This document shows positions 41,701 to 50,896 of a DNA stretch of 64,000 nucleotides, piece by piece; the first letter of the stretch is position 1, and each line of letters begins with the position of its first letter. The translations under genes and the position numbers were made by a program. The DNA comes from Rhina ancylostomus (taxonomy: Eukaryota): positions 11,316,722 through 11,380,721 of the forward strand of contig JARFYF010000064.1 of NCBI GenBank assembly GCA_030265395.1, in the 5' to 3' direction. The notes below the pieces were generated by a model. It was given only the letters and a program-made list of their open reading frames with translations, had not been told where the DNA came from and did no database searches.

Positions 41701-44700
41701 ATACATCAAGGCGAAAGTAACGAATGATAAGTGTCCCTCAATCATGTTTATGTGTTAAAATTTATCCTGTAGTTTTTAATTATTTAAACTGTTGCTGTAG
41801 CTCGTGGTACAGATTGAGGCTCCTGTGAACTGCTAAGTGCTGTCATTAAACACAGGGGCTCCTTGTCCAGGGATGGTGGGTCATCCATGCATCATTCCCC
41901 TTCCTGCATTCCCACATCCCACCCTTTTTCTTGCAAGTAATAGCCACCCCTGATCTCCCACTCTCCATTTGACCTCACTGCAACAGCACTGACCTACATC
42001 CAGCAAGATTACTGTAGAGGGGCAAAAATGCTCGCCACAGACATGGTGGGCCAAAGAGCCCACTTCTGTGCTGTACAACTCAATGACTCTATCCCACGGG
42101 TCAAGGCTTTTGCTGCTGTCTGTCCAGCAGGTGGCAGTGTCTGTGAAATTCAGGTGGTAATGCTCCTTCCAGAGAGTAAATCACAATGACAGTTCATTGA
42201 AAGCAAAAGATGAACCAATTTCATGGCATATTTGGTGACTGCCAATTTGGAGCACCAAATACAGGGGAGATCACATTTCTGTTTAAAAGGGGCAGAGACA
42301 AAGACCAGAGTGCTTGGACGAAATTGGTCACAATTTAGTGGGCGAATTCACATCCTTCTCACGAAGTTCTGCGAATGCACTAGTCTGTTGCCCAGTCCAC
42401 TGATGGCACTTGACACACCTGCTCTTCCTGTCTCTCCAGTGACGATGGCTCATTAGCCCCAAAAATGCCCATTATGAGGATAGTTTTGTGTTGTAGAGAT
42501 CCACACATCTGGCTCAGACCAATTTCCTTCAGGATCTTACATAATTACAGCAAGGCAAATATGCAAAAAAAGTTGTCATGTGAATTTTCTCATATTATAT
42601 AAAAAAGTCCCAGTGACTCCTGAAATCTCCAGTTGCTATAAAGTATGTGCACTGCGTGGATGGTTATTTGCAGCAGGTTCATGGATAACGATATCATCCA
42701 GGCTATTAGCAACAGTGCTCCTTTAAATCTTTTACACACCGATCTTTAGATAAACAACCTACTTCATGTGCTTTGCTATAAAACAAACCAACTCTATAAC
42801 TTACTACTGTCTCTGCCATCGCTAAATCATCATTAAATTATTTAGGAAGATAAAGGTGCCTTGAGATGTCTTCTCCCGAAATTTACATTTCCCAGCCCAC
42901 AGACATCAGCAGTGGAAGAAATGCACAGAGAGGTAGCTGTCAGTCTCTGAACGGCAAAGAAATGGCCATTCCAGTACAAGTGGCTAAAAAAAAAATTAAG
43001 AGGCATTCAGTTTAATAGATGGAGTTGAAAAACATTCCCATAGTGAGTGTTCCTGTGTGGTGTCCATTATCCAAACTGAACCCCGCTGTCTCTGGACTTG
43101 GCTGCCTTTGAAAGGCAGTTGGCTTCTACATCTTTATATCCCGGTATTTCACAGAAATGGGCCAGACTTGGAACAATGTTGAAACATTACTTCCCAAGTT
43201 TTCTTATCAACTCCTATTTTACCCAAATGAAATACATTTGGAAAGAGTATCAAGGGAGGAAGGCTAGAATGAACAAAATGGATGATGGTGCCAATTTTTT
43301 TTGCAAAGGAATGAATAGTGATATTTATTCTTTAAGGCTTTTAAATAAATTATTTGGTTGTTTTCCATTACTACATGAAATATAATCTTCCAGAGTCATA
43401 CTAAAATGTATTGAAGCATTTTAATGCATTTGCCATCATTTATTAATTATATTGAAAAAAAACCACAGAAATGACTAGACCACTGCTGTACTCAGCTCCA
43501 GCACAGAGTTTATATACAGATATATATCCTAACAAGGGCTAACTTTGAGAATAGAATACTGGTGTGTTCCCCACGACAAATAAGGAAGTTCGTGCCTCTA
43601 TAGTTTGGAAGTATGAATTCACAATGTTATATATGGTGCATAGAGAGACACTTGTGTGGGATGTCTGAAAGAACCTGACGTATGGTCAGGTTGGTCCAGT
43701 CTGCACACCACCAGGAGCCACTTGCTCAAGGAGAAGACAGATCATAAAATGAATTGGAAATCTACAGCTTCAGAATTGTAGAATAATGAGAGAGCAAGCT
43801 GACCAAATTATGCAGAGTTTGCACATTTTTGCACCTTTGAAAGAAAATAAATGACACCTTGGTAGTTTCACAGAATGCAACTGATAACAGATCCAAAGAA
43901 GTGACTCTGATATTAACTTACAGAAGAGAATAGCTGAAATTAATCAATACCAAAGGCACAATTAGTGCCTTTACAAATCCTTAATTTAAACTCACTAATA
44001 CATTTTCCACATTGGATATTGAGACTTCAATTCACGATGCATCATTACTCATTCATTCCTATTACTTGTTAATCTAATGAATCATTACATAACTTAAATA
44101 TAACTTTATTACTCTATAATACGAGTTCCTAAGTGGGTAGGGTGTGTTAACAAAACACCTCAGACAAACGTCTTTTACAGGGTCACTGTAGAGACACCAC
44201 AATAGGAATTCTTCCTTGTTTCCTGGTGCTAAACAGGGAGAAGAATATTGCCGGAGACACAAGAGACCGCAGATGCTGGAATCTGGAGCAACAAACAATC
44301 TGCTGGAGGAACTCAGCAGATCGAGCAACATCTGTGGGGAGAAAGAAACCCGAAACACCGACAATTCCTTTCCTCCCCACAGATGCCACTTGATCCTCTG
44401 AGTTCCTCCAGCAGGTTGTTTGTTGCGTTAGAGTATTGCTGCCTGTTGTACTCCCCTCTGTTGACTTCAATGGAAGCAAATTTTGGAAGAAGATAACTTT
44501 TTCTTCAGTGTCTGGCTAGCAACAAAAGAATGAGTTCCACTACACAAAGACTGTTAAAAATTAAATGTTAATAAGCAATGGACCAATTCCGTTCTGGAAG
44601 TTTCTATAATAGATGGAATAAGAGCACCACGTTGTCCATTGTGATGAAGTACCTCCCTACTGTGGCACATACCTGGCACACCTCTGCGACCATGTCTTCC

Positions 44701-44717
44701 TTTTTCTCCTGGTGGCC
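2006..44717 (-). CDS. Partial multi-exon gene: transmembrane MACIT collagen (type XIII/XXIII/XXV family), COL1 triple-helical domain, 13 exons
   Basis: Thirteen minus-strand exons with canonical AG/GT ends join into an uninterrupted Gly-X-Y frame. Exon sizes (45, 8, 27, 36, 27, 51, 36, 27...) and peptides such as GISIIGPRGPP, GQPGARGFPGYP, GPIGLDGK and GPKGDM match the MACIT family as I recall it. The paralog is unresolved, so no symbol is given. The 5' (NC1/TM) and 3' exons were not found in the window. Confidence 0.93.
2707..2774. repeat. (TG)17 microsatellite extended by TG/CG/CA dinucleotides
   Basis: Read directly; 68 bp of perfect pyrimidine-purine alternation. Confidence 0.97.
3480..3506 (-). 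CDS. MACIT collagen exon, 27 nt: GLHGPKGDK
   Basis: Acceptor gtttatctttgcacag, donor gtaagc. Three Gly-X-Y triplets. Confidence 0.9.
6331..6357 (-). CDS. MACIT collagen exon, 27 nt: GDSGHKGEK
   Basis: Acceptor gttttattgctttccaaag, donor gtaagt. Three Gly-X-Y triplets in phase 0. Confidence 0.87.
7326..7352 (-). CDS. MACIT collagen exon, 27 nt: GLPGPKGEK
   Basis: Acceptor ttttatttttgcacag, donor gtgagc. Same peptide as COL23A1 GLPGPKGEK. Confidence 0.9.
8112..8138 (-). CDS. MACIT collagen exon, 27 nt: GKAGPKGDM
   Basis: Acceptor ttcttgtcacttcag, donor gtaagt. Compare COL13A1 GHPGPKGDM. Confidence 0.92.
9655..9681 (-). CDS. MACIT collagen exon, 27 nt: GPIGLDGKS
   Basis: Acceptor ttcattttgaag, donor gtaagt. 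Compare GPIGLDGKP (COL13A1) and GPLGLDGKP (COL23A1). Confidence 0.92.
12150..12185 (-). CDS. MACIT collagen exon, 36 nt: GQPGARGFPGYP
   Basis: Acceptor ttttctttcaatttag, donor gtgtgt. Compare COL13A1 GQPGTRGFPGFP. Confidence 0.92.
13845..14110 (+). mobile_element. Decayed Deu-domain SINE (SacSINE1/AmnSINE-like), 3' part with L2-type tail
   Basis: ctgggagcttgctgtg...ttggc core and tail ggctgtaaaatgctttagaatatcc...gaaaggtgctatagtaatgcaa. Recognised from memory of the consensus. Confidence 0.55.
16500..17090 (-). mobile_element. V-SINE/HE1-like SINE (minus) interrupted by a younger SINE
   Basis: ...ggaaaactgggggaaacacat resumes after the insertion as ggttacaggtagaacttgcaaactccacac, contiguous with the minus-strand V-domain. 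Confidence 0.6.
16730..17048 (+). mobile_element. V-SINE/HE1-like tRNA-derived SINE
   Basis: tRNA-like head (cacagctcca..gggttcagtcctg), V-domain ggtttcctcccatatcccaaagac, CR1-type tail gtgctgtattactctatg. Confidence 0.8.
17383..17680 (-). mobile_element. tRNA-derived V-SINE variant, full length
   Basis: B-box-like ggaattgaacccagg and a V-domain. A closely related copy lies at 52691-52987. Confidence 0.85.
17689..18018 (+). mobile_element. CR1 LINE 3' end
   Basis: ORF2 C-terminus FTQRVVGAWNGLP..VVEA..FKRLLD and tail gggccgaagggcctgttcttgtgctgtactattctatgttctatg. Confidence 0.85.
18030..18190 (-). mobile_element. L2 LINE 3' fragment
   Basis: Translates GCVFSCSGPKLWNSLPKLLCLSSPLSRF, the L2 ORF2 C-terminal AFS..P.LWNSLP motif. 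Confidence 0.7.
18200..19030 (-). pseudogene. Fossil PIF/Harbinger (HARBI1-like) DDE transposase with frameshifts
   Basis: Collinear motifs across frames: EVKVILTLNFLATGSF, FMNRNGFHSLDVQ...NATFPG, GKGYP, IISLLKVR, LLYMPSRCRDFIVTCYMI. These correspond to Harbinger LxFFATG, NRKGFHSLNVQ, GDxGYP, GLLKxRF and IxACCxLHN. Confidence 0.8.
19835..20165 (+). mobile_element. Decayed CR1 LINE 3' end
   Basis: tttcaccccaagtgtg...gggttgtttggagtggaaac and terminal atgggctgaatggc. Confidence 0.55.
20555..20750 (-). mobile_element. CR1 LINE 3' end
   Basis: aaacaggcctttcagtccacc...acctgcctccaccacc is the reverse complement of the CR1 3' terminus. Confidence 0.6.
20925..21222 (-). mobile_element. V-SINE/HE1-like SINE
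   Basis: ggccaattaaccta...ctttgggatgtgggag...gggagaacatgtaaaccccacatagacagcac...ggtcactggagctgtg. Confidence 0.8.
21740..22130 (-). mobile_element. Very decayed LINE (possibly L2) internal fragment
   Basis: Purine-rich plus strand. The minus translation TLSTSLDSS...NPAP resembles the post-endonuclease L2 region; weak. Confidence 0.3.
22595..22805 (-). mobile_element. LINE 3' end of a family abundant in elasmobranchs
   Basis: gggatgtggc..ggcaagaccag..ctgcccttgaaaaagtggtg..cttctcaaaccgatgcagtcc. Related pieces near 38220 and 50765. Confidence 0.55.
23036..23086 (-). CDS. MACIT collagen exon, 51 nt: GAPGDPGISIIGPRGPP (contains the helix interruption)
   Basis: Acceptor ccttttccccttctaccgcag, donor gtgagt. 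Compare COL13A1 GSPGDAGLSIIGPRGPP. Confidence 0.93.
26170..26906 (+). mobile_element. CR1 LINE 3' portion (RT C-terminal half), decayed
   Basis: gtactgtgtacagttctggtcaca..tacagg (YCVQFWS), cagagggtgatgaatatttggaacgagctgccagag, CR1 tail. Confidence 0.85.
27015..27200 (-). mobile_element. Decayed Penelope-like element fragment (GIY-YIG end)
   Basis: Similar by eye to 48310-48460 (aattca.tg..cat...ggcctcact.tggc.gtggagaagg). Confidence 0.5.
27722..28200 (+). mobile_element. Rex1/Babar LINE 3' end with 3' UTR and short-repeat tail
   Basis: ORF RHCLKKATSIMKGPHHPGHTIFWQPPSGRRYRSLKSHTSRFKSSCF..IWFLN, then gacaataaact and a (ctttga)n tail. Confidence 0.85.
28222..28410 (+). mobile_element. CR1 3' end
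   Basis: ttcaaaaagggaattggata...gatgggatgaatggcctcct...gattctatga. Confidence 0.65.
29615..30045 (+). mobile_element. CR1 LINE ORF2 C-terminal fragment
   Basis: ggccacatttggagtattgtgtgcag, ggagagggtgcagaagag; ORF YKIMRG..DSQSLFPRVE..HRFKVRG. Confidence 0.85.
30310..30770 (+). mobile_element. Decayed CR1 3' fragment containing an internal inverted duplication
   Basis: ggagacttaattaagg..aaaattatgagg and tail tgggctgactgacctcctcctg..gattctatga. Confidence 0.65.
30511..30592. repeat. Inverted repeat: 33-bp arms (31/33 complementary), 16-nt loop
   Basis: gggttgttgaggaaaaccttttcacccggaggg versus ccctctgggtgaaaagggtttcctcaacaaccc. Confidence 0.95.
32735..33010 (-). mobile_element. V-SINE/HE1-like SINE
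   Basis: ggccaattaacttaccaacc..ctttggcttgtgggaggaaacc..gtcacagggagaacgtgcaaac. Confidence 0.8.
34264..34290 (-). CDS. MACIT collagen exon, 27 nt: GLKGEPGEE
   Basis: Acceptor gtgtttgctgtgactgcccag, donor gtgagt. Compare the COL13A1 alternative exon GVKGQPGEK. Confidence 0.88.
35635..35778 (-). mobile_element. Deu-domain SINE 5' part
   Basis: ctgacagtgaagcactccctcagtactgcact and ccttctgcctcagaggc..tgctacc, typical of AmnSINE1/SacSINE1. Confidence 0.65.
36455..36840 (+). mobile_element. CR1 tail followed by a partial V-SINE
   Basis: tgggctgaagggcctgcttccacgctgtattgctctatg, then gtttctctgggtgttctggtcttctcttacatc. Confidence 0.6.
37668..37890. mobile_element. Inverted pair of Penelope-like terminal (pLTR) sequences
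   Basis: gagcaacagacaatctgctggaggaactcag..gcagcatct is mirrored by agatcctgctcaacctgctgaattcctccagcagattatttgttgctc. Confidence 0.75.
40191..40226 (-). CDS. MACIT collagen exon, 36 nt: GNKGSMGLPGRR
   Basis: Acceptor ctgactgtacattgattattag, donor gtaagt. Compare COL13A1 GDKGAIGMPGRV. Confidence 0.9.
40898..40924 (-). CDS. MACIT collagen exon, 27 nt: GAPGRDGFP
   Basis: Acceptor tttttatccatttcag, donor gtaatt. Compare COL23A1 GQSGRDGYP. Confidence 0.9.
41275..41282 (-). CDS. MACIT collagen microexon, 8 nt (GGCCTGCT), phase 1-0: (G)PA
   Basis: Strong pyrimidine tract ccttttccctcttttcttgtgttcacag and donor gtaagt. It exactly converts phase 1 to phase 0. An 8-nt exon at this position is known in MACIT genes. 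Confidence 0.88.
42124..42138 (+). promoter_or_regulatory. Candidate CTCF site CCAGCAGGTGGCAGT
   Basis: Close match to the CTCF core CCASYAGRKGGCRS; motif evidence only. Confidence 0.45.
44255..44426. mobile_element. Inverted pair of Penelope-like terminal sequences
   Basis: Arms at about 44288-44348 and 44365-44426; same family as 37668, 50897 and 63862. Confidence 0.75.
44673..44717 (-). CDS. MACIT collagen exon, 45 nt, phase 1-1: (G)PPGEKGRHGRRGVP(G)
   Basis: Acceptor tttctctctag, donor gtatgt. Resembles the basic first COL1 exon of COL25A1 (GPPGKRGKRGRRGES) and COL23A1 (GPPGRRGKPGRRGDP). Confidence 0.92.
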
Positions 44718-46968
44718 CTAGAGAGAAACAAGGAGTATTAGTAGAATTGTTAACAAATGGAGGCCATGAATTTATCTGTGTATAGCTACAGCACAACTTT
44801 CTTAAGGTGACTATAAGAATGGAAAGTGGAGTCAAAATTTAAATAATGGAGTTTTGATTAGGAATCCAACAGCTTTAAAGCTCTTCTTGTTCATCACTTA
44901 ACATGAAGGAATACACTTTAACACTGATGTATCTCAAAGCTTACAAGTCCAATAGTTTGTTATAACAAGTTTGTATTTTACATATTACTGTCTTTCAGGT
45001 TTCCAAATACAATGAATCATTGTGCTTGATGACCTTGGGCTTTCCTGTATTATTGATTAGCTGGCCCAGTATCAAGATGCTGATTTAATCTCAGACAGAT
45101 AATATTTCATGACTTTTGCTCTAATAAATCATCGAAGCAAAAGAAGGAGTCAACATTTCCAAACTTTCTTCACTTTTTAAAACCCACATCCATCTATATG
45201 TTGCATATAAAATGTTATCTCCCCAAGCACAGAAGAACAGTTACAAGGGGAATATCTTGCAGCCTTTCACATGAAAACATTTAAAACATGAAACAGAGTC
45301 CTCTAAACATTTTAATGTACTTACTTTAGTACAGACTATCCTCTAAAACAAATTGCCTGCACTATAATAAAAATCTCTGATTATACTGAATGCTATTTCA
45401 GCTCCTGAATCTCTCAGCCACATATCACCAATACATGGATTGCGTAATGGTATACCATTCAGAGTAAAACTTCAGCATTGCTAAATTTAAGGTGATAAAT
45501 AGAGCTCTGTCTTGCAAAAGTGGACTGTTTATTTATTCTACAGGTTTCTATTATTCCTACCAAATAAATTACTGATCAAAGCATGAAGAAGTAAGGTTAA
45601 TAAAAGCTTCCTTTAAACTAACTGTGAGCAATTTTAATGTGGTCGTTTCTGGTCATGGCTTAAGCATAAATTGCATGTTCAGTGAACTGTATCTTGGCTA
45701 CATAATGAACAGTTCATTCATGGTTTGCAGGGTGCATAACAGTTCACTCACTCCGGACTTACGCCTGGAATGTAACAATTGATATACTGATCTACCCTAT
45801 TTCTAAAGAAGGAAAGGTGATTTCAGAAGGCAAAATTGGAGGGTAATTTTCACAAGATGTTTCAAGTTATTCCATCATCATTAAATGGAATCTGAGAAAC
45901 TGAAAATACCATGATCTTGAGAAACAGAAATTCAATTTCACCTTGAAATTTTGGGCTAAACTACTCTGAATTGTACATAAATGGTCCGTCCACTGGATCT
46001 AAATATCCACAATACTAAATAGTGAATTAATAACTTGTAAGATATCCCACACATTTCAGTTAGGTATTTAGGTCTAAGCTGATAGATCCAACAGAATTTT
46101 TTTCCAACAGGACAGATTAATTTTCCACTCAATAGTTAGGAAATCCTGCTTTGGTTTCAGGATGGTTGAACTATCACTAATAGGTCATTTTGGTGGGTTC
46201 CCTCTGTGCATGTGATCCTCCCCATCACATGTTCCTCTACGTCTGCTCAGCTTAATGCACAGCGGCACAATGAAAGTCTAGCCCATTGTGATGAAAATAA
46301 AGAGTTCTACGTGCTCTGAAAAGGAAAAATATTGCCAAACACTTTCATCAACAGCTAAATTCTCTATTGGGTGGTGGTGAGTGGTTGTGGTGGGATGGGG
46401 TCGGAGCAGACTAAGCATGTGGCATTGGATTGGAAATTTTTTCCATTGGCTTCCAGTTTTACTCCTGGTGTCCTATTAAGGGGGGGCTGGGGGGTGGGTG
46501 GCGAGATTATCCAACCTATCAGATCAGTAACACAGGTCACAATCAGAAATTTAGAAGTTTACTTAGGAACACGAGAAGCGAAGTCAGAAATGGACACACA
46601 CACATAAAAAAACAAACACCAAAAACCTACAAAAAATTCACAGCTTGTCCCCAACCACAAGTATTCAAAACCTTATACATGAAACAATCAAACTCATCCA
46701 GAAATATCTGATCTCAAACACATGTTCAAACCATTACGCATAAACCATCCAAGCCTACTACACACAAAATATCAAAGGCCTCTAGTCAATAATATTAAAC
46801 ATCCATATACAAAATATCAGAGGCTCATATGCACTCCAGTCCTTTCCTTTGTGCACTGAGTACTTTCATCTTTCATTCTACACTGCGTAAACCATGTGAA
46901 AACAAGGGAGTTTCAGATACAACTCTTTAAACATTTTACACCTGTAGTTTGAAGAAAAGCCTGAATCT

Positions 46969-47102
46969 CATGAAAGTTCTGATGAAGTGTAATCAACCTA
47001 GAATTTAAACTCTGTTTCTCTCTCCACAGATACTGCCTGACTCGCTGAATATCTCCAGCATTTTCTGTTTCGGGTTTTCACCAGCTGTAGTTTGCTTCTG
47101 GG
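46969..47102 (+). mobile_element. Penelope-like terminal fragment flanked by 12-bp direct repeats
   Basis: ctgatga...ctctgtttctctctccacagatactgcctgactcgctgaatatctccagca, with aagcctgaatct at 46957-46968 and 47103-47114. Confidence 0.65.
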
Positions 47103-47290
47103 AAGCCTGAATCTTGATAGAACAAATCAAAACTGTTCCCTAGATTAAACCTACCAATAAGAAGCAACATATTCAAGTCCTACAGGCATAGAATTTGAGG
47201 AACTATTCTTAAACTGGTCTTAATCAGTTTTGTGTACAACCATCTCGATAAGACAGGGACAATTAATAGCTTAAAGCAGCCCAAATTAAA

Positions 47291-47314
47291 TGTGTGTGTG
47301 TGTGTGTGTGTGTG
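47291..47314. repeat. (TG)12 microsatellite
   Basis: Read directly. Confidence 0.97.
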
Positions 47315-48013
47315 CCAGTTAGTCTATGGGCATGTGTTGAATATTCAAACCATGTATTGGTAGATGGGAAACACCTGCCCAGATGCCATACAGTGCTTTG
47401 TTCAATTAAGTTTAGACCTCTGCATTACTGGTTTAGTGATGTGACAGTTGCACCACTTCATCTACCAAGTTATTTTCCTCCTGAAAGTATTTCTGTGCTG
47501 GGATGTGGTGCCATCTCATATGGCTCACCACTGTTTGCAAGAAGCTGAATGGACAGAGTCGACATGCTTTGCATCAGAGTTGGACTGAACAATAACAAAT
47601 GTGTACTTTCTCCCCAGCAGGAAAAATGGATGGATCAATGGATGGGAACCAACACAGCACTGAACAGATAATGAACCTGAGATCCACCTGGTCTGTGTNN
47701 NNNNNNNNNNNNNNNNNNNNNNNNNNNNNNNNNNNNNNNNNNNNNNNNNNNNNNNNNNNNNNNNNNNNNNNNNNNNNNNNNNNNNNNNNNNNNNNNNNNN
47801 NNNNNNNNNNNNNNNNNNNNNNNNNNNNNNNNNNNNNNNNNNNNNNNNNNNNNNNNNNNNNNNNNNNNNNNNNNNNNNNNNNNNNNNNNNNNNNNNNNNN
47901 NNNNNNNNNNNNNNNNNNNNNNNNNNNNNNNNNNNNNNNNNNNNNNNNNNNNNNNNNNNNNNNNNNNNNNNNNNNNNNNNNNNNNNNNNNNNNNNNNNNN
48001 NNNNNNNNNNNNN

Positions 48014-48462
48014 CTGATAAGGAAGGAAGGCGATAATGAGAACCATTTAAGGGAGAGATGGAAAATGGAACAGGATGGGGGCAGGAACCTGGTGAGTGAA
48101 GTCTGATTAGTAGCTGTATGGAACCAGGAGTTGGAGGTATTGGTATTGGTTTATTATTGTCACTTGTACCGAGGTACCATGTTAGCAAGGATGATGAGAA
48201 TGGTGATGGAGGCTTAAGAGGGTCACATGAAAGGGAACAAAATGGGAGAACCAGGGATGGATCGAAGGAGAAAGAGAGAGTGAAGTACAAGGGGCCAGGG
48301 TCACCTGAAACTGGAAAATTCAATGTCCATATCACAGGGCTGTAGACTACCCAGGTGGAATATGAGGTGTTGTCCTCCCAGTCTGCATTTGGCCTCACTC
48401 TGGCGGGGGAGGAAGCTGATGACGGACAGGTTAACGTCGGAATGGGAAGGGGGGTTAAAATT
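48014..48462 (-). mobile_element. Penelope-like element 3' part (GIY-YIG endonuclease C-terminus and 3' UTR)
   Basis: Translates QSEAKCRLGGQHLIFHLGSLQPCDMDIEFS (compare EEQHLIFRLGSLQP.GMNIEF). It carries a short Rex/Babar tail at about 48140-48178. Confidence 0.8.
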
Positions 48463-49261
48463 GATGGAATTTTGATATTTTCAGATTAAGGCATTTCACA
48501 CATTTCCACGGCACACATTTTAGTCAATAGCAGCAAATGCACTTAGTCACGGTGGTGGTACTCAATCATCAGATTGCAAGTTTTACAATAATTACAGGTT
48601 AGCACCTGAACAAACAGGAGATGGAAGTCTTGAACCTTTAATTCACCATTTCAGTTTAACCATTGAAAATTACAGCTGCAGTATAAGGATGTAGTAAAGT
48701 TCAACCAGCTTTGGTTTGGAGATGCCTCATACAGGAACTGACCTGAAGGTACAAAGCAGGATGCCTTTTCAATGCAATCTCCAGCAATAACTGAGCATGT
48801 TGCATAAGCATATTAAAGATATTAGAAAAATCATCACATTCAACAACGAGCAGACTGAAAAAAGGATTTAAAATAATTTCAATCTGAAAGAATTTCAAGA
48901 CACTGGAAAAAGCTGGATATTTTATTCTACATGGGCTGAGAAGTTAAACTCTCAGGAAAGAATGAACAGGTTAGAGTTCTGAGAAGTAACCTGGAAATGA
49001 TCTCTAATATTATGAAGGAATTCTTTAGGATAAGTGTAGAGAAGAGTTTAAGACAGAGTTNNNNNNNNNNNNNNNNNNNNNNNNNNNNNNNNNNNNNNNN
49101 NNNNNNNNNNNNNNNNNNNNNNNNNNNNNNNNNNNNNNNNNNNNNNNNNNNNNNNNNNNNTGAAGGAATTCTTTAGGGTAAGTGTAGAGAAGAGTTTAAG
49201 ACAGAGTTTAAGAAAGACTTTGAGAAAGACGTCGAGAAAGACCAGGCTTGAGGGGCCTGTT

Positions 49262-50400
49262 TAAGGAATTCAATAAGATCATGGCTGGTCTGAACATTGA
49301 TCTCAAGTCTACTTCCTGGCCTGATCTCTTTAACCCTTCGTTCCCCTGCTGACCATAGATCTCCATCTCAGCCTTGAACATACCTTCTAATTCAGCTTCC
49401 ATAGCTCCCTGGGGTAGATAATTCACAAATCTCAGAGGAGAAAGTTCTTCTCACCTCAGTCCTAAATGGAGAACTTTATCTTGTAATTTTTCCCCCTACT
49501 CTAGATTCCCCCATCAGGAGAAACCTTCTCACAGCATCTACTCTGGCAGGTCTCCTAAGAATCTCCTATGTTTCACTAAGATTCTCATTCTTCTACACTT
49601 TCTGGAATCTTTTCTTAAATAGAAATCCAGCTCAGGAAGCATCCTAGTGAACCTTGATTGTACTGTGTCCAAGGAAAGTATATCATTTCTTAAATAAAGA
49701 GGTCAAATTTTGAAGTATTTCAAGCTTGGCCCTGCTAGATGCATGGGCAGTTACAGCAAGACTGCACTGCTTTTGTACCCCATCGCTCTTAAAAATAAGG
49801 GACAATACTCTGTAGCTGCATGCTAACTTTATGTGTTTCTTATATGAGGACCACTTCAATTATGGCATTCATTAGTCTTTTTTTTGTATTCCTGCTGCCA
49901 AAGTGCATAGCCTCATATTTCTTCACATCATACCATATCTATTGTCTTGTCACCCACTCAGTTAGCCTATTTCCTTTTGCCGACCTTGTGTGCTCCTTTT
50001 TATCAGTAAAATTGATTGCTATGCATTTGGTTCTACAGTTTGAGCCATGAACATTAATTATACATAGCTGAGGTTAGAAATAATTCCTGTGCCACTCTAC
50101 TTGTCACAGCTTGCCACGATGAGAATGATCCATTTATCCTTGCATTCTGTTCACTGTTAGTTACCCAATTTTCCATCCTTGGTAATGCATTATCTTCAAT
50201 GCCATAATTCCTTATCTTGCAGAGCAACTTTACAATGTGCATGTTATTTAACCCCCCCACCAAAGTCTCCATCGACTAGCTCTCCTTTATCCATTCTGCT
50301 AGTTACATCTTCAAAGAGATCTAAGACATTTTCCAAACAAGATTTCCCTTTCATAAAACCATGTTGACTCTGTCCGATCATATTATCATTTACCTAAATA
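49262..50400 (-). mobile_element. Decayed CR1 LINE
   Basis: KLLCKIRNYGIE...MENWVT...INGSFSSWQAVTSRVAQ and LPQGAMEA..MFKAEM; CR1 tail. Confidence 0.75.
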
Positions 50401-50896
50401 TTTGCTTACTACTTACTTAATGAGTAAGGTCTAGGTGTCAGGTATTGAAGAATTTAAACATAAATAGACCAGTAAGAACTTTTATTTCCACCTGAGTAGG
50501 CAGACAGGGACTGAATTATCAGTGTTCTCCGACAGAGCAGTGCTCCATCAGTGGTGTACTGTAGTAAATACATAACATGGGAATAACAATAGATGAGAAA
50601 TGTTTTCAGACATCAATGCAACTGGAGATCCAGTCGTTTGAAAAAGATACTAACAATCTTGTTTCTACAAGCAGCTTGAACAATGTGAGAGAGAAAAATA
50701 TTTAAATTTAGAAGTTTGGAAAAGAACAGGGAATTATTTTTATTTGTTCTCTTGATGAGAGAGTCATGGCAAGGTCAGTGTTAATTGCCCATTACTAATT
50801 GTTCTTGAGAACATGATGGTGTGCCATGGCCTTGAACCACTGGGTAACTGGAATAGTTCCACCAATGATGAAGAAATGACTCTACCTTGTCTGACT

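Noticed and set aside
42419-42448. Minus-strand GETGRAG collagen-like run with a gtgtgt donor-like site
   Set aside because: The acceptor would be GAG with no pyrimidine tract, and it would break the Gly-X-Y register; probably chance.
47525-48398. Long ORFs of 145-274 aa
   Set aside because: Their length comes from the N-gap; the remainder is Penelope sequence.
49013-49208. 48-bp direct repeat (1 difference) on either side of a 100-N gap
   Set aside because: Same gap-flank artefact.
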